DNA of 61,979 nucleotides, the filler included, from Chiloscyllium plagiosum (taxonomy: Eukaryota): the NCBI RefSeq assembly GCF_004010195.1. It is 3 parts of one record of this genome, joined end to end, with 100 filler letters (N's around TTAATTAATTAA, not from the genome) between each part and the next. Parts side by side here need not be neighbours in the genome. Positions count along the whole stretch, not along the records: positions 1 to 23,128 come from NC_057716.1; positions 23,229 to 54,465 come from NC_057716.1; 1 more part is not named here. One strand, written 5' to 3'. The number at the start of each line of letters is the position of its first letter. Within the stretch, counting starts at the first letter, position 1. The translations under genes and the position numbers were made by a program. The notes beneath the pieces are model-generated. The model was not told the DNA's origin and made no database searches. It worked only from the letters and a program-made list of their open reading frames with translations. Of this stretch, positions 12,118-24,245 are shown piece by piece.

Positions 12118-13111
12118 TGCACTTCCCGCAGATTCAAATGTCATGGATATTACTGGAAACTCTAAGCTCTCACATTCTACAGGAAGAAAATTCAAATGGC
12201 CGACCATCCATTTCTAATGTTCTGAATTCACACACACACTGATATGTGCGTTATATATATATACATATAAATATGTGTGCACATGCATACATCTGTGTGT
12301 GTATATGTGTGTGTGTGTATATATATAAAGATATATTCAAAAGTTGCAAAAGAACGTTGATTCTCAAATATTCTCAAATTTCTTTCATCTGTTGCATTGG
12401 AAAATTTGGCTGCAATCACAGAGAAGGGAGTGAGTCCATTTGCTGCTCACTCTTCTCCCCCAAAAATATCCAGTGACAAGACACGAAAAATATTCCTGTT
12501 TGAATTCTGTAATCTTCAGAGCAGTACTTAAAATCATCTTTATCATTTCGATTCCAGTTTTTCCGATAACAGTCAAAATGTCCAATGAGATAAATCTAAT
12601 ACTTTGTGAATTGTTTTAATGGCCTGTGCGAGTTTGCAGCAAAATCAGTAATATGAAACAAGCGAAACATCCTTTCCAGAATTCAACACAGTGCAGGATC
12701 AGCAATATCAGAAACGTCATCGACTTCAAAAATCACCTTTGTATCTCTGTTGAGTGAAGGATATTCACTCAGGGAGTATTTATGGATGGTATTAAGTAAC
12801 TGAGGTATTTCCCAAGGACAGAACATTCCACACAATCATATTTTGTTAGAATAAATGCTGTTTTACTCAACGTTCTTTTGCAACTTTTGAATATATCTTT
12901 ATATATATACACACACACACACATATACACACACAGATGTATGCATGTGCACACATATTTATATGTATATATATATAACGCACATATCAGTGTGTGTGTG
13001 AATTCAGAACATTAGAAATGGATGGTCGGCCCTTTGAATTTTCTTCCTGTAGAATGTGAGAGCTTAGAGTTTCCAGTAATATCCATGACATTTGAATCTG
13101 CGGGAAGTGCA
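12118..13111. repeat. Near-perfect ~244-bp inverted repeat (12118-12360 / 12867-13111), 506-bp spacer
   Basis: By eye the arms differ by one substitution and one dinucleotide microsatellite unit. Confidence 0.95.
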
Positions 13112-16100
13112 CCCAACTCCATCTCCTTTGCAACTGCGTCGGGGAACTGAAGCTGGACATTGGAACTTTCGGGAGTCTGAGAGGAATTGAGAGGAGTTAT
13201 ATGGAGGCAGTTACACTTCAGGTAACAGTCAAAAACCGGTCGATGGGATACAGTCGGGAGACGAAAAGGGAACAGGCAGCCAGTGCAGGTATCCGCTATG
13301 GCTGTGCCCCTTAGTAATAAGCATACCATATTTGTTACATTTTGGGGGAATGACTTACTAAGGGTAAGCCATGGGGTACAGGTCTCTGGCACAGTGTTTG
13401 TCCCTGTTGATCAGAAGGGTAGGGTAGAGAGGAGGAGTGCAATAGTTACTGGGGACTAAATAGTGAGGGGGACAGAGTGCAGTTTCGGTGGGTACAGGGG
13501 AGGCTCATGATTGATGTGATCCCTCCAAGTTACTCGGGGTGGTGATGTCTCGCATCGTGTTTTCAGGATCCTTAAGGGGGAGGGGGAGCATCCCGCGATC
13601 ATGGTTCACATATGCACCAATAACATAGGTCAGAAAATTGATGTGGATGTATGGCAGAAATTCAGGGATCCAGGGAGACATGTTAGATCTAGATCAAACA
13701 GAGTTGTTCTCTCTGATTTGTTACACATGCCACGTCGTAGTTAGGAGAAGAATAGGGAGAGAGCAGTTGAACACGTGGATGTAAGGATGGTGCAGGTGAT
13801 AGGGATACGGATATCTGGATAGTTGGGGCTGAGTTTGGAGTCAGTTGGACCTCTGCAAACAGGATTGTCTTCACCTGAACCGGAAGGATACCAATATCCT
13901 GATGGGATATTGGTAACGATTTTCAGAAGAGTTTAAACAAATCCAGCAGCGGACTGCGAACCTGAATTTTTGCTGCAGTTTGCAGGAAGTTGTGACTGGT
14001 TCGGTGATAAATAGGTTTTCGTGTTTGCGAGTGTATACTGGCAAGAATGAAGGTGATTTGAAATGAGTCTACTTCACCGCCAGGAGCATCTGAGATAAAG
14101 CAGGTGCCATGGGTTGTTACCTGCGACTTCAATGTTGTGGCCATTTCAGAGACATTAATGGAGCACTGAAAGGAATGGTTGTTCCTGGCATCTCAGTTTC
14201 GATTTTTCAGTAAGAACTGGAATTTTGTAGATGACATTGGTTTTGTCCATGGGATGTACTGGGTCTTTACAAAATTCCTTGCATGGACTTCCACAAACAC
14301 TACATAGGACAAGCAGGAAGAAAATTCGCCATCAGGATACACGAACACCAGCTAGCCACAAAAAGACAGGACCCACTCCCCTCGTAGCCATAAATGCGGA
14401 TAAAAAAGCCACCTGTTCGACTGGGACAACACATCTATCCTGGGACAGGCTAAGCAAAGGCTTGCCAGAGAATTCCTAGAGGGCTGGCACTCCAACCACA
14501 ACGCTATAAACAAACACATAGACCGAGATGCCACCTATTAACCCCTCAGAAAACGAACAGGAAATGACATCATCATAAACCCCAGGAACCCCATCCAGGA
14601 GAAAGATATAAATAGAAAGCAGGAGACAACAGCTTCGCTTCACTTGAATGTTGCCACGGATGATGTTACATAGCCAGATAACGAAACGTCTAGATATCAA
14701 ACCTACATCTCAGCGAGCAAATCTACACCTTAAGTAACAGGGTGGTTGTAGTGGGGACCTTTTACTTTTTTAATATTCATTGGAAATGTTATTGTTTGAG
14801 TACCTCTGATTGGTCAGCTTTTGTTCAATGTGTGCAGGAGGGTTTCGTGATGCAGCATGTGGACAAGCCAACAAGAATCAAAACTTCATTGGATTTGGTA
14901 CTTCGCTATGAAGCAAGTCAGCTGTTCGATTTGGAGGTAAGTGAGCACTTTGGTGAGAGTGACCACAATTCGGTATGTTTATTTAGTGATGGATAGAAAT
15001 AGATACATACATAGCAGAGCAAGAGGTACCGCTGGAAGAAAGGCCAGTATGATGCGATCAGGTAAGTGTTAGGATGCACCAGATGGGGAAAGTAACCGCA
15101 GGGGTTTTGCACACCTGAAATATGGAGCTTTTTCCGGGAGGCGCTCATGCATGTCCTTGATAAGTATGTGTGCGTCAAGCAGGGAATATGAGGTCGAGAC
15201 AGTGAGCCACTTTTACTGAAAAAGTTGAATTTCTTGTCAAGAGGGAGAAGGAGGTGCATGTAAACATGAGATAGAAAGGCTGAAACAGAGCACTTGATAA
15301 CTATAAGCTCACCAGGAAGGGCCAAAAGAGAGAGCTACTTCGACCGAAGAGGGGGCATGAGAAGTCTTTAGCTGGCAGTTTCAATTAAAACCCTGAAGCT
15401 TTCTCTTCTCATTTCAAGAATAAGAGAATATCCATGATATGATTCGGGCTTGTCAAGAACTGCAGTAGGAAGTCGTCAACGGAGTATAAGAATAGGAGAG
15501 GCGCTGAATGTATATTTTTCATCATATCTCAAACGAAAAAGACAATGTTGTCGAAGAGAATTTTGAGATGCAACCTTTTAGAATAAATGAAATTGATTTT
15601 CATAAAATGGAGTTGTTAGCAATTCTTGAAAGCCTGAAAATAGTTTGGTCCCCTGGGCTGGATGGGATGTATCGTCGATTTCTCTGGGAATCATGGGAGG
15701 AGATTGCAGAACTTTTGACTGCAAACTTTATTTCGTCAGTGACGATGTGATTAGTGCGGGAAGACTCGAGTTCAACAAATATTGTCCCCGTCTTCACGAA
15801 GAGAAGTAGGGAAAACGCTGGTAATTACAGAATAGTGAGCCTTACTTTCCTTGTCGTAAAGTTTTGGGAAAGATTATGAGAGATAGGATTTATGATCATC
15901 TCACAAAGGAAGAAGTTGATTCGCTCCAATCAACACGATTTCGTGAATAGTAGGTTGTGCCTCACAAACTTTATTGAGCGATTTAAAAAGGTGAGCAAAC
16001 AGGTGGATGAGAGTAAAGTGGTTGACGTGGTGGATATGGATTTCATGAAGGCACGGTCGGCTATTGCATAAAATGCAGAGATATGGGATTGACAGCGATT

Positions 16101-17120
16101 TAGCCGTTTAGATCTGTAATTGGCTCGCTGAAAGAACACGGTGTGTGGTCGCTGATGGGGAATATTCATCCTGGAGTTCAGTTACTCATGGTGTACCACA
16201 AGGTTCCTTTTTGGGTCCACTGCTGTTTGTCACTTTCATAAGTGACCTGGGTTAGGGCATGGGATGATGGATGAGTAAATGCGCTGAATACACTAAGCTC
16301 GATAGAGTTGTCAACAGTGCCCATGTCTGCTGCAGGTTACAGAGGGACATGGATAATCTGCAGATCTGAGCTCAGAGGTGGCAAATGGAGGTTAATGTGG
16401 AAAAGTGTGAGATGATTTAGTTTGGAAGGAGCAACAAGAATAAAGAGTTCTGGGATAATTGTAATATTGTTGGAAGTTTAGATGAGCAGAGAGGTCTCGG
16501 TGCATACGTACATAAAACTCTGAAAGTTAACATCCACGTTGATAGATTTGCTTGCAAGGAGCACAGTGTGTTAGACCTTATTGGGAGAGGGATTGAGTTG
16601 CAGGGCCAAATGATCCCTTTGCAGGTCCAGAAATTTCTCTGCTATGGGTAAACTTGTAGAGATGCGTGCAGTTCTGGTCGCCACATTATAGGACGGACGT
16701 GAAATCATTGGAAAGGGTAGAGATGGGATTTCCGAGCATGTTGCCTTCTATGAAGGGAAGGTCTTACGAGGAAATGCTGAGGGACTTGAGGCTGCAAGAG
16801 ATGAGAATTTTGAGAGTTGAATTAATAGAGACATAAAAGATGATCAGAGGTTGCCATAGGTGGACAGTGAAAGCCTTTATCTTCAAATGGTGATGGTTGA
16901 CACAAGAGCACATGATGTAATTTGAGGGTGATAGATGCCGAGGTACATTCCTTTCTCAGATTATAGTAATGGTGCTGGACGTCTTGTCTTCAACAGTCGT
17001 AGACTCAACAACCTTCAGGGCAATTAAATGATCATTGGATAAACTTACCGCTTATAATGGTAAAATTCTGCTCAGATGAACTTCAGATTGGTATCACAGA
17101 TCGGTGCAACATTTTATTGT
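13040..17120 (+). mobile_element. Near full-length decayed CR1 LINE (ORF1 with zinc-finger/SGNH-esterase-like remnants; ORF2 EN+RT)
   Basis: ICGKCTQL, IVTGD*IVRG, MVHICTNNIG (ORF1); VVAISET, GESDHNS, SPGLDGMY, NYRIVSLT, QHDFV..RLCLTN, GVPQGS, CVQFWSPH (ORF2); many stops and frameshifts. Confidence 0.92.
14250..14730 (+). mobile_element. Penelope-like element 3' fragment (GIY-YIG end plus terminal repeat) inserted in CR1
   Basis: YKIPCMDFHKHYIGQAGRK..IRIHEH, AREFLEGWHS; degenerate hammerhead CGGATGA..GAAACGTC at ~14657-14690. Confidence 0.88.
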
Positions 17121-17193
17121 GGTGTAATATTCCGGGTTTGAACTGTTCTTCAGCTTGAAGTTGCAATCATCTCTGGTCACTATCAGTAAAACG

Positions 17194-17275
17194 AACACCC
17201 GGCGAGAATCGAATGCTCACGTACTGCGATTCTGTCATGCAAGTACAGCAAGGTAACTAATTGCACCACTGGACC
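17194..17275 (-). tRNA. tRNA-Ile(TAT)-derived pseudogene (intron-containing family), anticodon mutated
   Basis: Reverse strand GGTCCAGTGGTGCAATTAGTTACCTTGCTGTACTTGCATGACAG...CATTCGATTCTCGCCGGGTG resembles GCTCCAGTGGCGCAATCGGTTAGCGCGCGGTACTTATA-intron...GTTCGATCCTCACCTGGAGC. Confidence 0.65.
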
Positions 17276-18383
17276 TGCTGGCTAATGATGACGAACGGCT
17301 CCTGATCTTACCACTGGGACCCTCAACCCAATCACTCAATTATTTCTGTGTATCTAAAATGAAAAACATTGCCGAGGAGGTTATACTGGTAATGGATCAT
17401 CGATTATGAAGCATCAGGCTCAGGAAAAAGACTTAGAAAAATGTGGTGAAAATCAGCTTTATTGAATACTGCGTACGTTTACCGTGGCTCCCTGCGTTGA
17501 TCACAAGCAATGTTATCTCGCACCTGTACTGGGATTTTCCTTCTATCGGCTTCAATTCGTCAGAGAATTCGATTCACTGATATTTCACCAACTTCCTTTG
17601 GCATGTTCATATGTCACATCGACCCACACTGCACACAACGTCAACAATGTTCAGCATAATACATTCACGAGCACGTGGCATGGTTTTTATAAAAAGTGAA
17701 GACTGAATAATGTTTTGCAAGGGCAAATTGAAATTCAGTTTAATTAGTAAAGTCGCAATAATCCAGAGTAAGATTCAAAATGTCAGAAATTCACGTTCAT
17801 TACCTTGGCTATAATTCCAGCCGAGCAAAGGAGAAATCTGCCCCCGAATCTCCTGAATCCATGCAATTGCTTGCTCCAAGTGTCCACTTGGAAACCTATG
17901 TGAAGGAATATTCAAACTGAAGGAGAACTTGTGAGAATCCTCCACTGTCTGATCTACATCGGAAACAAGAGCTGTCTATTCCAGCTGGGAGGGAATCGAA
18001 TTGGAGGTGAGACTAAAATATTACTTGGTGTTTAATTCATATTGTCCTCATTGTGATTGTTTAAAAACCTGGGCCAGAAATGGCACGGACACAAAGGAGC
18101 AGAAGGAGGCCATTCTTAACACCGATCCTGCCCCGCCACGTCATTCGATATCATCATGGCTGACACAACAATGTTAAGTCTTTTTCCAGCCCATCCACGT
18201 CATCGTGTTGCCGAGTAGCTAACAGATAGTTATCGATCTCTATCATAAATAGACATCGAAAATGTAAATCTGTGAGAGGAAAATGTTCCGTTTCGAGACA
18301 ACGGGTTTCTGCACGAATATTATTGGGTTTTCAGATGACAGCCGAGTCTGGTCTGACCACCTTCCAAACCATAAACTAAAACT

Positions 18384-18476
18384 CGACTCTGATGGGATTT
18401 CGAACCCACAACCTCTGAATCGCAACCGGAACAAAGGCATAGAAGTCCAACGCACTTTCCATTGCGCCACAGAGCC
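18384..18476 (-). tRNA. Intron-containing tRNA-Arg(TCT), near intact, probably a recent pseudogene
   Basis: Reverse strand GGCTCTGTGGCGCAATGGAAAGTGCGTTGGACTTCTA-[19-nt intron, 18421-18439]-ATTCAGAGGTTGTGGGTTCGAAATCCCATCAGAGTCG; one extra A in the T loop. Confidence 0.92.
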
Positions 18477-18509
18477 GCGCCAGTTACTTTGTTTCAGCAT
18501 GCAAGTTTG

Positions 18510-18975
18510 CCTTTAACCCATTGCGTTCAGGACACCCATCTCTGCCCTCGTCACACTTGCCAGTACCTGGTTCTTATACACGTGTGCTCTGGCTCTTCAA
18601 GTGTTCGGCTACAGACTGCTGAAACGTTCTCATGACACTTAGCTTTACCACATGTTCAGATAATGATTTCCAGATAAACAACACTCTATAGGTGAAAGCA
18701 TTCTTCCCAAATCTTCTCAAAACATCTTGTCTTCTGTCTTTCATTTATGTCACTCTATTCCTTCCCAATAGAGGCTTATCCTTGCCATACATATCTATTC
18801 TCTTCATAAAATGTGCACGTTAATCGGTTTCTCACTCAGCCTTCTCTGCGCTTAGATAAACATCCCCAGCCTAGCTCGTCTACCTTCATAAGTAGAAATG
18901 TCCAGCCCTTGCAATTCTTTTCATCTCCTGTGAATTTCTCTTGCAATCAGACGCTTCCAGCAGTCTGGTGATTAC
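18510..18975 (-). mobile_element. Old CR1 3' fragment
   Basis: Reverse-complement similarity to CR1 C-terminal regions elsewhere in the window. Confidence 0.55.
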
Positions 18976-19289
18976 AACGGAAAAGCAAAGTTGTCTGAAG
19001 AAAAGCCAGAAGGTCTGAAAAAAATCAGCAGCTCTTGTCCATCTCTGATGAGAAAGGAAAGTTAACGTTTCAAGTCCAACGATCCGTCTTCTGAACTGAT
19101 GGGAAGGGCGGGTGGGTGAAGAATGTGGAAGAGGGCGGACGGTTTCTAAAATGATTAAACTCGATGCTGGGTCCTAAAGTTTGCATGGTCTCTCGGGAGA
19201 AAATGAGTTGCTAATCTTCCAGCATATATTGTGCCTAGAAGGAGCACTGCAGCAGACCAGAGACTGAAGTCGGAGCCTGGGAACACAGT

Positions 19290-19655
19290 GTCAAGAGTAG
19301 AGTGGTGCTAGAAAAGCACAGCAGTTCAGGCAGCATCCGAGTAGCAGTTAAATCGACGTTACGGGCAAAAGCCCTTCACCAGGAATACAGGCAGAGAACC
19401 TGAAGGGTGGAGAGATCGTAGAGAGAGGAGGAAAACGTCTTCAAGGCAGGCATCCTTGGAAGAGGATTAAAATCAACTCGGTAGGATTAAAATCAACTAG
19501 GTAAAAACAATGACTCCAGATGCTGAAAAGCAGAGTCTCGATTAGAGTGCTGCTGAAAACGCACAGAAGTTCAGGCAGCATCTGAGGTGCAGTAATATCG
19601 ACGTTTCGGGCAACAGTCCTTCATCAGGAATACAGGAAGAGAGCCTGAAGTGTGG
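19290..19655 (-). mobile_element. Two tandem copies of a short Penelope-related repeat carrying hammerhead motifs
   Basis: Same family as 38210-38378; motifs at ~19352-19385 (core mutated) and ~19597-19630 (CTGATGA-AGGAC-TGTT-GCCC-GAAACGTC). Confidence 0.8.
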
Positions 19656-19980
19656 GAGCACAGTGTAATGTTGATGTTACAGGAGACTGAAAGATCTGGA
19701 TATTTCTTGTTGATTCTGGACAGACCGTAAGTGATCTTAGCACTGTCACCGACTCTGTTTTCCTCTCTCCATTGTACAGAGATCACATTCTGAGCAGGAA
19801 ATACAATTGCCTCGATTAAATGAAGTGCAGACAAATCTCTGGAAGATGTGACTGGAAGCTTCCACAGTGAGGAGAGACATCAGAAACCAGCAGGAAATGT
19901 AGCTTACAACATTTAAAGTTACAATGCAGTACAGGCATTTCGGCCCTCGCTGCTGCAGCGACCTGTAAAAATAATGTGAT

Positions 19981-21000
19981 GTCCATTGTAAAGGAAAATT
20001 AACAGTTATTTTGAAACCAGTAAAAGCACAGGGAAACAAAGAAGATACCTTTTCGGTAGATACAGAGGCAACATATTCAGTCCTTAAATCAAGGCAGTTC
20101 AGAGAGTTGTGATACGAGAAAGATTAACCGCACCCCTATTGTGTGAAACCAGTTATGGTGAGACATTCCAATTCTCATTTCTGTTCTCTGAATTCTGTCC
20201 TTTAAATCTCGCGATCTCATAGAGAGACTGGGGTCGGATTTGTGCAGTACCCCAACAGGCTTGCAGGTAATTGAAAAAGATTGACCAGCGCAGGCTGTAA
20301 AATACGACTCACGACCCCTGATACATGTCTATGAGTGGCGATTCAGCCAGAGAGCCATAAGTTCCATGAGCGATTCGCTCGCCCAGGAAGCAAGTAATAA
20401 TGTAAATCCCATGAAAAACGATTTTCTTGCTGGGGATATGCTGCACTGCACAGCACACATACACCGCGATGGCCATTACAAATCATATGAGAAGGATTGT
20501 TTGACGAGATTGGTTAAACAAGACCAGTTAGTATTTTGCGAATTTTATTAAAATGATCACAGATGTGCAGTCAGTATAAACCTATCCAATGTATCTGTGA
20601 CGGCAAGTAGACCCTATCTTTTGATGTGGAACGCTCCTTTCCTCAAGTACCATTGGAGAAGGCATCCAGAGACAGGTGGCAGGATTTGGGACCATGGGTA
20701 CTACAGGCACAAAAAACGGAAGATTGTGTCTTCAGGGACGATGTGCGTATCTGCTTCAATGCAGGTATAAGGACATACATGAAGTAACTAAATTGGCTAA
20801 CCCAGGCAGATAGGGAAGTGCAGGTAACTCCCGCCAAGAGGGCAGCCTGGCGTTTAGCTATAGTAGATGTCTCGGACCCAAGATTAAGAAGGGTCCCTAC
20901 TGAGTGCAGGGCAAAAGGCAAACGTGATGTAGGGTTCATACGAAGCTGTGAACCCATAAGAAAAACCCCGAAGTCTGAGTATCGTCCTTGCAGAACAGAA
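19981..21000 (+). mobile_element. pol: Endogenous retrovirus pol fragment (protease - 2H phosphodiesterase-like domain - RT N-terminus), epsilon-like, pseudogenised
   Basis: FSVDTEATYSVL (20050-20085; DTG mutated), FLFSEFCPLNL/RDLIERLG (~20178-20232), LHCTAH (~20441-20458), SFPQVPLEK..WQDLGPWV (~20635-20700), VPTECRAKGKRDVGFIRSCEPIRKTPKSEYRP (~20893-20988). Confidence 0.82.
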
Positions 21001-21589
21001 GCGTGTTCAGAATTTGAAACATTCAAATGAAATCGTATTTCAATTTTCTGGAATATGGCACAACTTATTCAAAAGCTCAGCACTGGAGCAAGTGGGTTCC
21101 AAATAGTGAACTTGTTTTTGTGATACATTAATGTGTTTGGCTCATTGCCTCTGGGTTACCACGTATTACTCAGATATAACTGTTCTGGCGAAGTTGACAA
21201 TGAGTTATCCTCTTGAACTACTGCCATTCATATGGTCCATATAAACCCATAAAGATGTAAGGGAGGGAGTTCCAGGATTTCCAACCAATGGCACTTGTGG
21301 AACTGAGACGTTTCTCCGAGCCAGGGTGGCGATTGGCTTGATGTGGAATTGTCAACTGGTGTCCCTTGTCCCTGCTGTGTGGTGTACAAGTCTGTCAGTT
21401 GCTCAAATGACCATGAACTTTTAACTAGATTCACCTTTTCACAGGTATTATGCCGAGAGACGTCACGCGACTGTTCCACTTTCTCATCAACATTTCATCT
21501 GTAAAATCTGGGAACGAGCTGATGGACACAGATTGTGCTACAGATGATTAGACACAGCGCAGTGTCAGTTACTGCACACTGATTCTGTT

Positions 21590-21880
21590 TGGATTTATGC
21601 ATGTGCTTCTCTGAATGTGTGTGTGCATTATCGTGTATTCCTGTCTCTGCGATTCTGTGTGTGTCTATCCATCTATCTCTGTCTGACTATCTGTGCCTAT
21701 GTGAGTGTGTTTGTGTCTCATTGTGTGTATTAGTGTGTGTCTCCATTTTTATGTATCTCTGTGTCTGTACTCTGTGCAACGGGCTCTCTGTTGTCTTCGG
21801 GATTGTAACAATTGAAATGGGGTTTAAACCCCAATCTATCTGTACCTGTGTGTGTGTGTGAGAGAGAGAGAGAGAGTGTT
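21590..21880. repeat. Degenerate (GT)n/(GA)n low-complexity tract
   Basis: Direct reading. Confidence 0.8.
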
Positions 21881-22024
21881 GTCCCTGTCTCTCCGTACAA
21901 CTACTTAGACACAATCACATATGCAGAGAGATGTGCAGAGACTCCTACAGACTGAAGCACACTTATCGAATTAGAGAGACACACGTGCACGAGCAGTCAC
22001 ACAGACATGCTCACACAAGCACAC

Positions 22025-22346
22025 AGATTAGATTAGATTACTTACAGTGTGGAAACAGGCCCTTCGGCCCAACAAGTCCACACCGACCCGCTGAAGCGTA
22101 TACCACCCAGACCCATACTCCTACATTTACCCCTTCACCTAACACTGCGGACGATTTAGCATGGTCAATTCACCTAACCCGCACATTTTTGGATTGTGGG
22201 AGGAAACCGGAGCACCCGGAGGAAACCCACGCAGACACGGGGAGAATGTGCAAACTCCACACAGAGAGCCGCCTGAGGCGGGAATTGAACCCGGGTCTCT
22301 GGCGCTGTGAGGCAGCAGTGCTAACCACTGTGCCACCGTGTCGCCC
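22025..22346 (-). mobile_element. HE1 SINE, full length, young
   Basis: Reverse complement of the HE1 structure with B box GGTTCAATTCCC and (TCTAA)n tail. Confidence 0.95.
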
Positions 22347-22349
22347 ACA

Positions 22350-22474
22350 AAGAAACCCATGCGGACACGTGGGCATGTGCAAACTCCACACAGTCAGTCG
22401 TCTGAGGTGGGAATTGAACCCGGGTCTCTGGCATGTGAGGTAGCAGAGCTAACCACTGTGCCACCGTGCCACCC
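22350..22474 (-). mobile_element. HE1 SINE 5' half adjoining the previous copy
   Basis: tRNA head plus start of the V-domain. Confidence 0.88.
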
Positions 22475-22669
22475 CACTTGATGTTGATGGAGATAGCAAA
22501 AGTGATACCAGTAAAATTTCCTAAAACTAAATGAGAAATTAATAGATTTTTGGATTGTTTGACTTTACAGGAAATTGTCCATAGTTTTAGCTGGACAGCT
22601 GTACCTTTAACATGTTTTCGAAAGAAATAAGAGAAAGGTGGTTTAGTTATCAGAGTGCGAAGTTAATGT

Positions 22670-23075
22670 TGAAAGGATGAAAGCAATTTGAATCGGTGAA
22701 CCAATTTTGGCCATCCCTGTGTTTTCCAGTCTTTTCAAAATGGCCGCTGATGCTTCTGAATTGGGTCGAAGTGCTTCCTTGTTCCAGGATGATGAATTAG
22801 GAATTGAGAACCTGGAGGATATTTCTATTCGAATCAATACCGATCATTGGAAAAGTCCTCTTCCATAGGAAAGGGGACTTTGGGATTGCTGTTAGATCTT
22901 CAGCACTTCGAAGACCACCCAACAAAGAACAATGAAATACAAAATTACATAGATTGTAATCCACTGGCCTTCTTTAAAAGTTTCAAATTAACAATGCAAC
23001 ATATTTTGATGGTGTTGTTTGTTGTAACCATTTTATTATACACATCACTAGAAAACCTAATGTGAATTCAGATAT
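22670..23075 (+). mobile_element. Gypsy-type RNase H fragment
   Basis: FKMAADASELG..LFQDDELGIE, LGLLLDLQHFE, YIDCNPLAFFKSFK. Confidence 0.75.
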
Positions 23076-23128
23076 ATTGTCCTAAAATACAAATGGTGAA
23101 ATACGTAAAAGCTTTAAGAAATGCGAAG

Positions 23129-23228
23129 NNNNNNNNNNNNNNNNNNNNNNNNNNNNNNNNNNNNNNNNNNNNTTAATTAATTAANNNNNNNNNNNNNNNN
23201 NNNNNNNNNNNNNNNNNNNNNNNNNNNN
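23129..23228. other. Artificial 100-nt scaffolding gap with TTAATTAATTAA linker (23173-23184)
   Basis: 44 N + six-frame-stop 12-mer + 44 N; identical construct at 54466-54565. Confidence 0.95.
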
Positions 23229-23554
23229 TTGCAGTGATGAAGTTTCAGTACAGACAAGTAATTGAATCGTCACCACACTTCCGCAGTTTCTCTCAGCGCC
23301 CCTCCAATTATGTCTCGATAGTTCAAAGAGTGAATGCTTTCACTCCACAGTGAATGTAACATTCTGCTTTCATTTTCAAAGGCCGGTGTGGTTCAGGCTA
23401 CATGGAACAAAGCATCTCCATCAAATTCTGATATGATGCTTCGTTTCAGTTTCCCAAATGCAAATCCTCATCTTTGATACCCGTCAAATAAATCCAGGAA
23501 TATCTCAGCAAGAGAGAACTCCTCTAAACACCAAAGCATATGATTTTCATTCTT

Positions 23555-24145
23555 CGTCGGATGTGGGTACTCCAGAACAGGTCAGCATTTATTGTTCATT
23601 CCTGATTTGACTGGACAAGATGTTGATGAGTTGCTTTCTTGAACCATCGTTTCCGTGTGCTCTCGGTAGATCCAAATTATAGGGGAGTGAAATGCACAAT
23701 TTTGACCCAGTGATTCTGGAGGAACGGCAATATATTTCCAGAGCAGGATGGTAAGTGGGTTGTAGGTCTTTCCTATCTATCTGCTACCCTTTTCCTTTTG
23801 GATGGAAGTAGTTGTGAGTTTGTAATGTACAGTTTAAGGACCCTTGGTGAATATCTGCAGTGCATCTTATGGATGGTGCAGACTGCATGTCTAAGTGTTT
23901 GGTTGTGGTGGGAATGGATGTTTGTCGATGTTTTATTAGTTGTGTGTTGCTGCTCAATTCAGTTGCTCTGTTCTGGACGGTGTTGAGCTTTTCAGTTTTG
24001 TTGCAACTGCACTAAGGAATCCTCAACAAGGTTGTGATTTAAATGTCTCTTGTAACTCAGATGCTGACTAATCTCCTGTGCTTCTCCTGTGCATTGTTTC
24101 TTTAACACTGCAATCATCCAGGCGAACAGGAATTATCCCATCATG
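23555..24145 (-). mobile_element. LINE (CR1/L2 group) 3' fragment
   Basis: CAGCATTTATTG..CAT.CCT..TT and TTTTGACCCAGTGA..GGAACGGC.ATATATTTCCA blocks typical of a common elasmobranch LINE 3' end; related piece at ~21200-21380. Confidence 0.55.
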
Positions 24146-24245
24146 TCTCATTCTGTGTTGTAAAGGAGTCAACAGTTGTTCGGGAAAGAACAAAAGAAAG
24201 AGAAGAACATTTGGTCAATGAGGTGAATGACGCTCTCACTCGGAG

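Noticed and set aside
19060..19100. Additional hammerhead motif on the minus strand (CAGAAGA...GAAACGTT)
   Set aside because: Core and stem II both broken; at most a relic, not counted
21931..22443. 170-aa ORF (FLDCGRKPEHPEETHADTGR...)
   Set aside because: Antisense translation of HE1 SINEs; same artefact at 5265-5564
23173..23184. TTAATTAATTAA as a biological motif (piggyBac site or homeobox site)
   Set aside because: Centred in an exact 100-nt gap and repeated at 54510; an assembly linker
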